DNA of 40,498 bases from Gemmatimonadaceae bacterium (GCA_036508735.1 DATCGU010000410.1:1-40498); one strand, 5' to 3'; shown: positions 29,601 to 38,253, numbered from the stretch's first letter. Program-made: numbers and translations. The notes: generated by a model from the letters alone, not told the origin.

Positions 29601-29660
29601 CTCTCACGGAGACCGGCGCTCTCACGGAGACCGGCGGAGTGCGCTCCGTGAGAGACAAGC
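29601..29660. repeat. internally deleted copy of the palindromic element with an 18-nt tandem duplication
   Basis: CTCTCACGGAGACCGGCG occurs twice in tandem (29601-29618 and 29619-29636). It is followed by GAGTGCGCTCCGTGAGAGACAAGCAC. The terminal 10 nt pair as TCTCACGGAG/CTCCGTGAGA. Confidence 0.8.
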
Positions 29661-29661
29661 A

Positions 29662-31074
29662 CTACCGATTGACCCTCCGCTGCCACTGCGACTGGAATTC
29701 CAGTTCGCTCGCGTTGGTCAGCCGCCAGCGACCAAAGCCGGTCTGGTCGTAGAACACAAGCTGGACATTGAGGCCTCGGTACTCCCACACCTGCGAGCGG
29801 CCACGGTCGCCCACGGTCGCCATGCCCTGGTCGTAGACCTGGGACGGTTCGCCAAGACCGAGGTACACCTTGCCCCGGTCGGTCCTCCATCCGGGCACTC
29901 CCTCTTCCTTGTAGCGGGCGGTCGCGACCAGCAAGCGCCCAAAGTAGTCAAGCAGGTCCTCGTTGACCGACGTCAACGGAGTGCTGTCAGTGGCCCTCAC
30001 GAAGGCGGCCCACGCCCCTGGACGTGCCTCTGGCGTGGTATCGGCCAATGTCTTCAGTCGCCAGGGCGCGGCAAACCACCGCAGGTAGGCGAGCATCTCC
30101 TCGAACTTCGCCACCGGCAGTTCCTCGCCAAACGCCACGAACACCGGTGCAATCACGGTATCGGCGCTGCCGGTGGGCCACATGGAGATCACCGCCACGC
30201 CAATGCCCACCTTTGACACCGGTACCGTGACGACGCCACTGAATAGTTCGCCGCGCCGCGGCAATGAAGTGCTGTCGCGCCAGAGCACGCGACCCTCGTC
30301 GTTGCGCGCAGCGACGGACACGGGAAAGACGTTGCCCTCGCCGTATCCTTCCACGTACAGCGCGATGGACGAATCCCGGCCAAAGACGGCGGTCGCCCGC
30401 GGGTTGCTCACCAAGTCGGCAATGGCCGCCCGCGAGCGGCGCGGCACCACCCGCAGGAAGGGCACCGGAGTGGACAGCGAGCGCGACGCGCCGAGACGAG
30501 GCACCGTGACCAGCATCTCCTGCCTGCTGTTGCGTCCGGTCCCGTCGTCACGGACCGACACGGCGAGTGCATACTGGCCCGGCGGCGCCGTCAGCCCCTG
30601 CTGGAACACGATACTTTCGTCGATTCGCTCCGTCTCCTTGAACGACACCACACGCACCGTTTCGTGGGCCTCGATGTCGCGCACCACAACGCCACCCCGT
30701 CGCAGCGTCAGGCCGACCGTATAGCCGGCAACGAACCGGTCATTGTCCCGCACAAAGGACAGCGACGTGCTGGTGATCGAGAGGCCCACGGAGAGGTTCG
30801 TGGAATCGGGTGCCGCGGCGGCGAGATACGACACGGCGCCGACAAACGGCAGCGGTGCGCCTGCCGACAGGAACCCCATTTGGGAATACAGGCGCACGGC
30901 GTCAAAATCAGGCCCGGCGTTGCTGGGGCGGGCGGGAGCACCGCCGCCGCCGGCGCGCGGCGCGGGCGCCCCGGCCGGAGGCTTGGCGCGTCCTCCGCAA
31001 GCGAGGGTTGCAAGCAGGCACGCGGCAGCGACGCGGCGAAAAGTGGCATCTGCAGTTGGATGAAGCATCGGCAT
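29662..31074 (-). CDS. GWxTD domain-containing lipoprotein
   Basis: The C-terminal GWRTDRGKVYLGLGEP motif is present. The N-terminus AAACLLATLAC is lipoprotein-like. Confidence 0.8.
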   Translation of the reverse strand: MPMLHPTADATFRRVAAACLLATLACGGRAKPPAGAPAPRAGGGGAPARPSNAGPDFDAVRLYSQMGFLSAGAPLPFVGAVSYLAAAAPDSTNLSVGLSITSTSLSFVRDNDRFVAGYTVGLTLRRGGVVVRDIEAHETVRVVSFKETERIDESIVFQQGLTAPPGQYALAVSVRDDGTGRNSRQEMLVTVPRLGASRSLSTPVPFLRVVPRRSRAAIADLVSNPRATAVFGRDSSIALYVEGYGEGNVFPVSVAARNDEGRVLWRDSTSLPRRGELFSGVVTVPVSKVGIGVAVISMWPTGSADTVIAPVFVAFGEELPVAKFEEMLAYLRWFAAPWRLKTLADTTPEARPGAWAAFVRATDSTPLTSVNEDLLDYFGRLLVATARYKEEGVPGWRTDRGKVYLGLGEPSQVYDQGMATVGDRGRSQVWEYRGLNVQLVFYDQTGFGRWRLTNASELEFQSQWQRRVNR

Positions 31075-31155
31075 TGTCTTCCCAGTACCCCCGAAGCGCG
31101 CTCAAGATCACCAACGTTGCTTGCCAGCAACGTGCCTCGCCACTAGGTTCGCCAA

Positions 31156-32076
31156 GTGGCTCGCGATCCCCTCGTCGGCACGACTGTTGCCGGCTACCTC
31201 CTGCTCGACCGTGTTGGAGAAGGTGGCACTGCCACCGTCTACAAAGCAAAGCACGCCGAACATGGTTTCGTTGCGGTAAAGGTACTGCGTGAACGCCTGC
31301 GCCAGGACCGGACCGCCGTCGCGCGATTCGTGCGCGAAGCCACTTTTGGCACGCAGGTGATACACCCGAAAGTGGTGCGGACCATCGAAACCGGTCAATC
31401 CGCCGAAGGGCTGCACTACCTGGCCATCGAGTGGGCGCCGGGCGAACTCCTCGAGACGTACGCCAAGCGGAACGCGCCCCTTGCACCCGACGAAGTGGCC
31501 ACCATCGTGCAGCAGATCGCCGAAGCGGTGAATGCCGCGCATGCCGCGGGTATCGTGCACCGTGACCTGAAGCCGGAAAACCTGATGTACGATGCCGAAT
31601 CGCGCGGCGTGAAGCTGCTCGACTTCGGCATCGCCACGGCCACCGACATCGCTCCCGACGAACGGCTCACCCGCGCCGGCTTCTTCGTCGGCACGCTGAT
31701 GTACGTCGCTCCCGAGGCACTGTCGGGCGAAGTCGTGACCCCGGCCGCCGACCAGTACAGCCTGGGGACCATCGCCTACCTGCTGCTGACGGGCGCCCTG
31801 CCGTACACGGCCAAGACGCCGCGCGAGATGTTCACGCAGCTGCTCTCACAGCCTCCCTTGCCGCTGAACAAGGCGCGAGCGGGCCTGCAGTACTCACCGG
31901 CCGTCGAACAAGTGGTGATGAAGTCGCTCGAACGCGCGCCGAAATCGCGGTTCTCCGAGGTCCTGTCATTCTCCGAGGCGCTCGGCAAGGCCCTGCTCGC
32001 TCCCGATGCCATGGACGCCGGTGACAGCAGCGGCGGATTCTTCGGCAAGATGAAGGGGCTCTTCCGCCGGGACTGA
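31156..32076 (+). CDS. Ser/Thr protein kinase (kinase domain only)
   Basis: GEGGTATVYKA glycine loop with VAVK, plus HRDLKPENL, DFGIA and APE motifs. Start is GTG at 31156. Confidence 0.85.
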   Translation: MARDPLVGTTVAGYLLLDRVGEGGTATVYKAKHAEHGFVAVKVLRERLRQDRTAVARFVREATFGTQVIHPKVVRTIETGQSAEGLHYLAIEWAPGELLETYAKRNAPLAPDEVATIVQQIAEAVNAAHAAGIVHRDLKPENLMYDAESRGVKLLDFGIATATDIAPDERLTRAGFFVGTLMYVAPEALSGEVVTPAADQYSLGTIAYLLLTGALPYTAKTPREMFTQLLSQPPLPLNKARAGLQYSPAVEQVVMKSLERAPKSRFSEVLSFSEALGKALLAPDAMDAGDSSGGFFGKMKGLFRRD

Positions 32077-32081
32077 GATCG

Positions 32082-32152
32082 TCTCGCACGGAGACCGGAG
32101 GAGCACCGAGGCCACGAAGAACGACAAACCCTTGAGGGGGTGTGGCGGAAGA
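32082..32152. repeat. left-arm half copy of the palindromic element
   Basis: TCTCGCACGGAGACCGGAGGAGCACCGAGGCCACGAAGAACGACAAACCCTTGAGGGGGTGTGGCGGAAG. The right arm is absent, and the histidine kinase stop follows at 32163. Confidence 0.8.
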
Positions 32153-32162
32153 AACCGTGGGG

Positions 32163-33254
32163 TTAGGCGCGCTCGATGGCGCGCAATTCCACGGCGCGCG
32201 GTTCCACGACATCGAACGGCAGCCAGACGGTAAAGGTGGAGCCCACGCCCAGCTCGCTCTCGACCGTGATGTCTCCGCCAAGCAGGCGGGCGAGCCGGCG
32301 CGAGATCGACAGACCCAGCCCGGTGCCTCGCCGCATGGAGTCGCCGCGCGGGCCGGCATCCACCTGCTCGAACTCCTCGAAGATCCGCTCCTGATCCTTC
32401 TCGGCGATGCCGGTGCCGGTGTCGCTCACCTGCAGGGCGACGAACGCCCCCCACTCGGCGAGTAGCGGGCGCCGGCGCGATCCGGCGGCGACGCGCGCCA
32501 CGGAACCATCGGCGACGTGAACGGCACGCACCGTGATGGCGCCCGCATCGGTGAACTTGATGGCGTTGCCGAACAGGTTCACCAGGATCTGCCGCAGGTG
32601 GGTCGGATCGGTCTCCACCTTCGGCAGGGTGGACGGCACCGAGATGCTGAAGCTCAGCCCCTTTTCATTGAGCAGTGATTCCACCTCGCTGGCGACGTCG
32701 ATCACGAAGGCGCGCAGGCTGAGCGACTCGGTGGACACCTCGAGGCGGCCGGCGGCCAGCTTGGACAGGTCGAGTATCCGGTCCACCAACTCACACAGGT
32801 GGTTGGCCGATGACTCGATGCGTTCCACGGGTGCGACCTGTCGCGGCGCGAGCTCGCCATAGGCACCGTCCCGCAACAGGTCGATGAACCCGACGACCGC
32901 GGCCAGTGGCGTGCGCAGTTCGTGCGACACGTTGGCGAGAAACTCGCTCTTGACGCGATTGGCGCGCAGCAGTTCCACCGACAGCCGTTCGAGTTCGTCG
33001 GAGCGATCGGCAATGCGCCGCGCCTGCGAGCGTTCATGCACCAGCGCGAGCACGAGCGCCGACAGCGCGCCAAGGGCACACACCCACAACAGGGTGCGCT
33101 CCCGCTGCAGCTCGGCCGTGATCCCCGCGCTCGACTCAAGTGCGGTGGCGTGCTGGGCGAGATGATCGCCCACCACGAGGCCGGCCACGACGCAGACCAC
33201 CACCAGCGCCAGGGCAAGCGACGACAGGCGCTGCCGCACGCGACGCTCCGGCAT
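32163..33254 (-). CDS. sensor histidine kinase (two TM, HisKA + HATPase_c), no adjacent response regulator
   Basis: H-box SHELRTPL, N-box LFGNAIKFT, and G-boxes DTGTGI and GTGLGLSI. Start is ATG at 33254; the track extension overlaps pyrE on the opposite strand. Confidence 0.85.
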   Translation of the reverse strand: MPERRVRQRLSSLALALVVVCVVAGLVVGDHLAQHATALESSAGITAELQRERTLLWVCALGALSALVLALVHERSQARRIADRSDELERLSVELLRANRVKSEFLANVSHELRTPLAAVVGFIDLLRDGAYGELAPRQVAPVERIESSANHLCELVDRILDLSKLAAGRLEVSTESLSLRAFVIDVASEVESLLNEKGLSFSISVPSTLPKVETDPTHLRQILVNLFGNAIKFTDAGAITVRAVHVADGSVARVAAGSRRRPLLAEWGAFVALQVSDTGTGIAEKDQERIFEEFEQVDAGPRGDSMRRGTGLGLSISRRLARLLGGDITVESELGVGSTFTVWLPFDVVEPRAVELRAIERA

Positions 33255-33290
33255 TGACCGCTCGTTCACTCTTTCGTAACCTCCGCCTTC

Positions 33291-33845
33291 ATGGATTCCC
33301 ACGCCAAGCTCATCGAAATGCTCGCCACGCGCTCCGCGCGCCGCGGCACGTTCACGCTCGCCTCCGGCCGTGTGTCGGACCTGTACATCGATGCCCGCCT
33401 CACCACGATGAGTCCCGATGGCCTGGCGACGATCGGCCAACTGGGACTCGCGCGCATTCGCGCCCGCGGATGGACGCCGGATGCCGTGGGCGGACTGACG
33501 CTCGGCGCCGATCCCGTATCGTACGCCATCGCCCATGCCAGCGCACTCGCCAAAGCTCCCGTGCGTGCCTTTACCGTGCGGAAGGAAACGAAAACCCACG
33601 GAACAGGCAAGCTCATCGAGGGGCCCTTCTATGCCGGCGACCGGGTGGTCGTGATCGAGGACGTGATCACCACGGGCGGCTCGGCGCTCAAGGCCGTCGA
33701 CGTCATACGCGTTGCCGGGGGCACGGTACTGGGCGTGCTCGCCGTCGTCGACCGGGAGGAAGGCGGGCGCCAAGCGCTGGAAGCGGCGGGGCTGCCGGTC
33801 GAGATACTTGCCGGCTTGGCCGAGATTGTGGCGAACATGCGATAG
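33291..33845 (+). CDS. pyrE: orotate phosphoribosyltransferase
   Basis: PRPP-binding motif VVVIEDVITTGGS and the typical PyrE N-terminus FTLASGRVSDLYID. Confidence 0.95.
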   Translation: MDSHAKLIEMLATRSARRGTFTLASGRVSDLYIDARLTTMSPDGLATIGQLGLARIRARGWTPDAVGGLTLGADPVSYAIAHASALAKAPVRAFTVRKETKTHGTGKLIEGPFYAGDRVVVIEDVITTGGSALKAVDVIRVAGGTVLGVLAVVDREEGGRQALEAAGLPVEILAGLAEIVANMR

Positions 33846-33852
33846 CTCTGTC

Positions 33853-33995
33853 TCTCACGGAGACCGGAGGGGCACGGAGGGCGCGGAGAAGGGCAAAACA
33901 CTTCAAGGGGGCGTGGCGGAGAGTACGGTCCGCCACACCCCCTTGTTCACAGCTTCCTTCGCGTTCCTCCGCTCCGCTCCGGTCTCCGTGAGAGA
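33853..33995. repeat. full copy of the ~143-bp palindromic element (copy 2)
   Basis: Same termini as copy 1, with the central hairpin GTGGCGGAGAG-TACG-GTCCGCCAC. It starts 7 nt after the pyrE stop and ends 13 nt before the GxxExxY gene stop. Confidence 0.85.
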
Positions 33996-34008
33996 CCCCC
34001 ACTACCCA

Positions 34009-34401
34009 TCAGCACACGAATCGCCGTACCCCGCGGGCCAGCAAGGCAACGTTGAAGTTGATCAGCAGCCCGCGCCCGAAACCGCCGGTCCTGATGTAGG
34101 TGAGCACCTGGGCACAGTGCACCGGTTTCACGGCCTCGAGTGACTTGAGTTCAACGACGAGCTGGTCCTCGACCAGCAGGTCAATGCGCAGGGACTCGTC
34201 GAGCAGGGCCCCCTTGTAGAAAACGGGAAGCCGGACTTCGCTGGCGAACGCAATGCCGCGAGCCAGAAGTTCCTGCTCCATGGCGCCCTGATAGAGCGAC
34301 TCCAGCAGTCCCGGGCCTAGTTGCCGGTGCACCTCGATGGCAGCACCAATTACCCGCTCCGAGTGTGTGTCGGGTGCAACCTTCAGGTCGAATCCAGGCA
34401 T
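34009..34401 (-). CDS. GxxExxY protein (PD-(D/E)XK nuclease-like small protein)
   Basis: VIGAAIEVHRQLGPGLLESLYQGAMEQEL carries the GxxExxY motif. IDLLVEDQLVVELK is a D...ExK motif, and GLLINFN is near the C-terminus. Start is ATG at 34401. Confidence 0.85.
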   Translation of the reverse strand: MPGFDLKVAPDTHSERVIGAAIEVHRQLGPGLLESLYQGAMEQELLARGIAFASEVRLPVFYKGALLDESLRIDLLVEDQLVVELKSLEAVKPVHCAQVLTYIRTGGFGRGLLINFNVALLARGVRRFVC

Positions 34402-34443
34402 GGTTCTGTGTGCTTGAGGGATGAGAATCTCTAGGGTTGAGAG

Positions 34444-34502
34444 TCTCTCAGTGTCTTTGCAGTTCTTCGTGCACACCGTGGCCCTGCGGTCTTCGTGAGA
34501 GA
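34444..34502. repeat. internally deleted copy of the palindromic element (left tip + right arm)
   Basis: TCTCTCAGTGTC...TTGCAGTTCTTCGTGCACACCGTGGCCCTGCGGTCTTCGTGAGAGA. The right flank GACAAGTCAC resembles that of the 29601 copy (GACAAGCAC). Confidence 0.7.
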
Positions 34503-34515
34503 CAAGTCACAAATG

Positions 34516-35400
34516 CTAGTGCAGCAACAACTGCCCCCGCCGATACCCGCACGGCCGCCCGGAGATGGGACGCAACTCGAGCAGTGCCTCGCGATGCGGG
34601 CGCAGCAGTTCATCGCGAAAGCGCAGCAACATTGCCCGTCCGTCGTGTGAACGGCGAAACTCGCCGGCGGTCATCCCGAGCACGGTCTTGACGTGCCGGC
34701 CAAAACTCTGCGCCGACGAGTACTCGAGCTGGTTGGCGGCATCGGCAATGCTGAGGCCCGGGTTCTCCATCAGCCGCGCCGCGCGCACCAGACGCGCCCA
34801 CGCGAGGTAGCGCTTGGGCGCGGGCAGCCCGGCACGAAAGAACCGGCTCATCAGCGTGCTCGGCCGCACACCCAGCGCGCGCGACAGCGTGCGCACGGTC
34901 GTGGCCGGCAGGCGCACGTGAAAGAGTGACTCGAAGAACCGCCAGCAGTCGTCCGGTGCGCTTTCGAGTTCCTCCCGCAACATCGCCAGGGCGAGGCGGT
35001 CGATGTCCCCCACGGCTTCGTGCGCCACGAACTCGCGCAGCCGATGCCACCCGGCGGCATCGCGCACATCGACGAGCGTCCGAATACCGCAATTGCCGAG
35101 GTTGAGCACGGCGTGCGGCGTGGCCTGATCAACGCGCGAGAGCAGGGCAACCATCGGCACGCGCGGAAACTCGCGAATCAGCCGCGCCACGCCGGGCGCG
35201 TGATCCGACAGCGATCGTCCGACCGACATGAGCACGGCCGCCGGGTTCACGCGCCGGACCTCACGGCGCAACGCATCCAGCGAATCGTGGTGCACTGCGC
35301 GATAGATGCCACTGCCCGCCGCATCGACGCGCGGGCGATCCGTGGGGTCGAGCCAGGTGAGCACGGCAACGGCGGACGGCGACGTCAACTTGAGATCCAT
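34516..35400 (-). CDS. AraC-family transcriptional regulator with an N-terminal receiver-like domain
   Basis: The C-terminal AraC HTH is LSIADAANQLEYSSAQSFGRHVKTVLGMTAGEFRR. The N-terminal ~120 aa have an alternating beta/alpha, receiver-like pattern. ATG at 35400 is preferred; GTG at 35454 is an alternative. Confidence 0.75.
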   Translation of the reverse strand: MDLKLTSPSAVAVLTWLDPTDRPRVDAAGSGIYRAVHHDSLDALRREVRRVNPAAVLMSVGRSLSDHAPGVARLIREFPRVPMVALLSRVDQATPHAVLNLGNCGIRTLVDVRDAAGWHRLREFVAHEAVGDIDRLALAMLREELESAPDDCWRFFESLFHVRLPATTVRTLSRALGVRPSTLMSRFFRAGLPAPKRYLAWARLVRAARLMENPGLSIADAANQLEYSSAQSFGRHVKTVLGMTAGEFRRSHDGRAMLLRFRDELLRPHREALLELRPISGRPCGYRRGQLLLH

Positions 35401-35560
35401 GGCAGCCTCGGGAGTCGCAGGATCGCCGGGGGTTATCGTCCACGCTGTACCCACCCGTCATAGCGTCGTCATACCAAGCATCACCAAACCGCGGAACACG
35501 TCACGCGGAAGAGCCTCGGCCGGCCTTCTTCGTACCGGCCGGGGGCGCTAGGTTGCAGGT

Positions 35561-35952
35561 GGACGTCGGTCGGCCGGACGGTCGCGTCGCGGGAGTGGCA
35601 TTTGCCCGCACCGAGGAAAGTCCGGGCTCCATGGGCACGCTGCCAGGTAACGCCTGGGCACGCTTGGGCACTTCGCCAGACGTGACGGACAGTGCAACAG
35701 AAAGGACACCGCCTTGGTGCAAACCGAGGTAAGGGTGAAATGGTGGGGTAAGAGCCCACCGCGCGCATGGCAACATGCGTGGCAAGGCAAACCCCAGCGG
35801 GAGCAAGGCCAAATAGGCGGCGAGCAGCAGTCCTCTGCGATCAAGACGCCGCGGGTTGGCTGCATGAGTCCGTGGGCGATCACGGGCCGAGAGAAATGAC
35901 CGTCCGGAACTTCGGTTCCGACAGAACCCGGCTTACAGGCCGGCCGTCGTCC
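35561..35952 (+). ncRNA. rnpB: RNase P RNA, bacterial type A
   Basis: Universal blocks are GAGGAAAGTCCGGGCTCC, CAGTGCAACAGAAAGGACACCGCC, GGTAAGGGTGAAATGGTGGGGTAAGAGCCCACCGC, AGCAAGGCCAAATAGG and ACAGAACCCGGCTTAC. P1 pairs 35561-35575 with 35938-35952. P2 pairs GACGGTC with GACCGTC. Confidence 0.9.
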
Positions 35953-35954
35953 CG

Positions 35955-35996
35955 CCCCGCTGTCGCCTCGTGCGGCAGCGGGGTGTCTGGTTTCTC
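35955..35996 (+). terminator. intrinsic terminator following rnpB
   Basis: 12-bp GC-rich stem (CCCCGCTGTCGC / GCGGCAGCGGGG, with one G-U pair), a 5-nt loop, then TGTCTGGTTTCTC. Confidence 0.7.
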
Positions 35997-36065
35997 GGCG
36001 CGCGGCAGCAGAATGTCTGCTACCCCGGCAGGAACAATCGTGACATCTTACAGAGTATCGCCTTC

Positions 36066-36950
36066 ATGCCACCTCTTCGTTTCGCCCTGCTAGCTGCTGC
36101 CGCCGCACTCTCCGCGTGTGGTGTCGTCGCGCGGCCCAGCACGCGCCCCGAGCCCACGGGACCCGCTGCGGGCGCAGCGACCGGCGGACTCAACACGGCC
36201 GGCCCGTGGCGTGTTGCCGCCTCGTACACCCCGCAGGGCGTCACCATCGCCACGCGCGCCGTGGTGGTGATCACCGGCGATCCATCCACGCGCACCGACA
36301 CGCTGGGCGCCACACTGGATGCGACGTATTCCTGGGCACCGGGGGGGGGCCGGGGGGCCGGCCGCCGCCGCGTAACCGGATCGCTCACCGGTTACCGCAT
36401 GGCGGTTGGAGGCGCTGCACCCGCAGTGCCGGCAGGGCTCAAACTGGCGCGCCCGTTCACCGCAGAGGCATTGCCGGCCGACGGCACCATGGCGTTCCAG
36501 CTTCCCGCCGAGAGCTCAGCCTGCACCGACCCTGCGCTCAGCGTTTTGCAGGGTATGCACGAAGCCTGGATTCCGCTGCCCGAGACGCTGACCATCGGCC
36601 AGGAATGGTCAGACACGACACGCACATTGTCGTGCCGGGACCGGCTTGCCGTGCGCGGCGTGAACGTGCGCCAGTTCCGCGTGCAACGCGCGGACGTCGA
36701 AAACAGCGGGGTGGTGGTGACGATCGACCGGCGCGCCAAGGGACGAATGACCGCCGACGGCGAGCAATTTGGCGAGGCGGTCTCGCTGGGCGGCGAGAGC
36801 AACGGGACGATGCGCTACGTGCTGGACGTAGCCTCGGGCCGGTTACTGCGCGCCAGTGGGACGTCGTGGCTCGATTTCAGCTTCAAGAGCCGGCGGCGGA
36901 ATCAAAGAGTACAGCAGTCGAGTGAGTTGACTTTAACCTGGAAGCCATAG
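36066..36950 (+). CDS. hypothetical lipoprotein
   Basis: ATG at 36066 gives MPPLRFALLAAAAALSAC, which has a lipobox. No family recognised. It contains a G9 and a G6 homopolymer at 36341-36357. Confidence 0.6.
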   Translation: MPPLRFALLAAAAALSACGVVARPSTRPEPTGPAAGAATGGLNTAGPWRVAASYTPQGVTIATRAVVVITGDPSTRTDTLGATLDATYSWAPGGGRGAGRRRVTGSLTGYRMAVGGAAPAVPAGLKLARPFTAEALPADGTMAFQLPAESSACTDPALSVLQGMHEAWIPLPETLTIGQEWSDTTRTLSCRDRLAVRGVNVRQFRVQRADVENSGVVVTIDRRAKGRMTADGEQFGEAVSLGGESNGTMRYVLDVASGRLLRASGTSWLDFSFKSRRRNQRVQQSSELTLTWKP

Positions 36951-36965
36951 GCTGAGATCGTAATC

Positions 36966-37108
36966 TCTCACGAAGACCGGAGAATCACAGAGGACACAGA
37001 GAACAGCCAAATTCTTAAGAGGGTGTGGCGGAGAAAGCTGTCCGCCACACCCCCTCAAAAGTTGTTCGTTTTTCGTGCTCTTCGTGCCCCTCCGGTCTTC
37101 GTGAGAGA
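36966..37108. repeat. full copy of the ~143-bp palindromic element (copy 3)
   Basis: TCTCACGAAGACCGGAG ... CTCCGGTCTTCGTGAGAGA with the central hairpin GTGGCGGAGAA-AGCT-GTCCGCCAC. It lies 15 nt after the lipoprotein stop and 10 nt before the dnaN stop. Confidence 0.85.
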
Positions 37109-37118
37109 CCCCCGGAAC

Positions 37119-38228
37119 TCAGTCCACTAACCGCAACGGCATCAGCAGGCAGAGATACTTGGCCGGATCGTTCCAGCCCTCGGGTTCGATGGTGGCCGCG
37201 CGCTCGGGCGCCTTGAAGCTCACCTTCACCTCGTCCGTCGGCAGGAACCGGAGAATCTCGAGCAGGTAGGCCGCGTTGAAGCCGATCTCCAGGGGATCCC
37301 CGTTGTAGCGGATGGCCATCTCGTCCTGCGCCTCGCCCAGGTCCGGCGTGGAGACGTTGAACTTGAGCATCCCCGCATTGAACGACAGGCGAATGCGGTG
37401 CGTCTGGTCCGACGCCACTACCGACATGCGCTTGAGCGCGCTGATGAACGCCGCCTTGTCGATGATGACAATCTTGTCGTTGTCCTTGGGGATGACCTGG
37501 TCGTAGCTGGGGTACGGCCCTTCGATGAGGCGTGTGTACACCGCGGTGAAGGGCGAACGAAAACCGAGATGGTTCTCGCCCTGCGCCACTTCGAGCTCCT
37601 CTTCTGGCGGAAAGAGCTTGCTGATCTGCTGTAGCGCCTTGGGCGGAATGATCAAATCGGCATTCTCGCCGGTGCCGTGCACGGGCACTTCCATCTTGGC
37701 CAAGCGATGACCGTTGGTGGCCACCATCCGCATGACGTCGGCCCGCAATTCCCAGAGCACGCCATTCAGGATCGGGCGGCTTTCCTCGGTGGATGCGGCA
37801 AACGCCGTGTGGGCAATGAGCTTCTGCAGCTCGCCCGACAGGATGCGAATGCTCTTCTCGAACGGAACTGCCGGAAAACTGGGAAACTCCGACTTGGGCA
37901 GCCCAAGGAGCTTGAACCGCGCACGACCGCATTCGAGGGTGATTCGCTGGTCGCCAGACGACGAGATCTTCACCGGCGCCGCGGGCAACTCACGCGCAAT
38001 CTCGGTGAGTTTCTTGGCCGGGATGGTAATTGCACCAGAGGTTTCGACGTCGGCCGTGACTTCGGTGGACACCGCGATATCAAGATCGGTGCCCGACAGG
38101 CGAATGCCCTTGTCGGTGGTTTGCACGAGAAGGTTGGCCAGAACAGGCAGTGTCGTCTTTGACGGCACCGCCGATGCCACGGCGCTCAACCCTTCCTGCA
38201 GCTTCTCTCGCGAGATAGTAAACCGCAT
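37119..38228 (-). CDS. dnaN: DNA polymerase III beta sliding clamp
   Basis: Typical DnaN N-terminus MRFTISREKLQEGL....V...TTLPVLANLL and a length of 369 aa. Start is ATG at 38228. Confidence 0.95.
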   Translation of the reverse strand: MRFTISREKLQEGLSAVASAVPSKTTLPVLANLLVQTTDKGIRLSGTDLDIAVSTEVTADVETSGAITIPAKKLTEIARELPAAPVKISSSGDQRITLECGRARFKLLGLPKSEFPSFPAVPFEKSIRILSGELQKLIAHTAFAASTEESRPILNGVLWELRADVMRMVATNGHRLAKMEVPVHGTGENADLIIPPKALQQISKLFPPEEELEVAQGENHLGFRSPFTAVYTRLIEGPYPSYDQVIPKDNDKIVIIDKAAFISALKRMSVVASDQTHRIRLSFNAGMLKFNVSTPDLGEAQDEMAIRYNGDPLEIGFNAAYLLEILRFLPTDEVKVSFKAPERAATIEPEGWNDPAKYLCLLMPLRLVD

Positions 38229-38253
38229 TCCAACCCTGTGTGTGAAGGTCACG

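Noticed and set aside
29601-29660. Repeated CTCACGGAGACC motifs as a possible CRISPR array
   Set aside because: There are only two adjacent direct units with no spacer. All other occurrences are paired inverted termini of a palindromic element, kilobases apart, and no cas genes are present.
37015-37932. 305-aa alternative minus-strand frame within and overlapping dnaN
   Set aside because: It is out of frame with the clearly conserved DnaN sequence and runs into the palindromic repeat.
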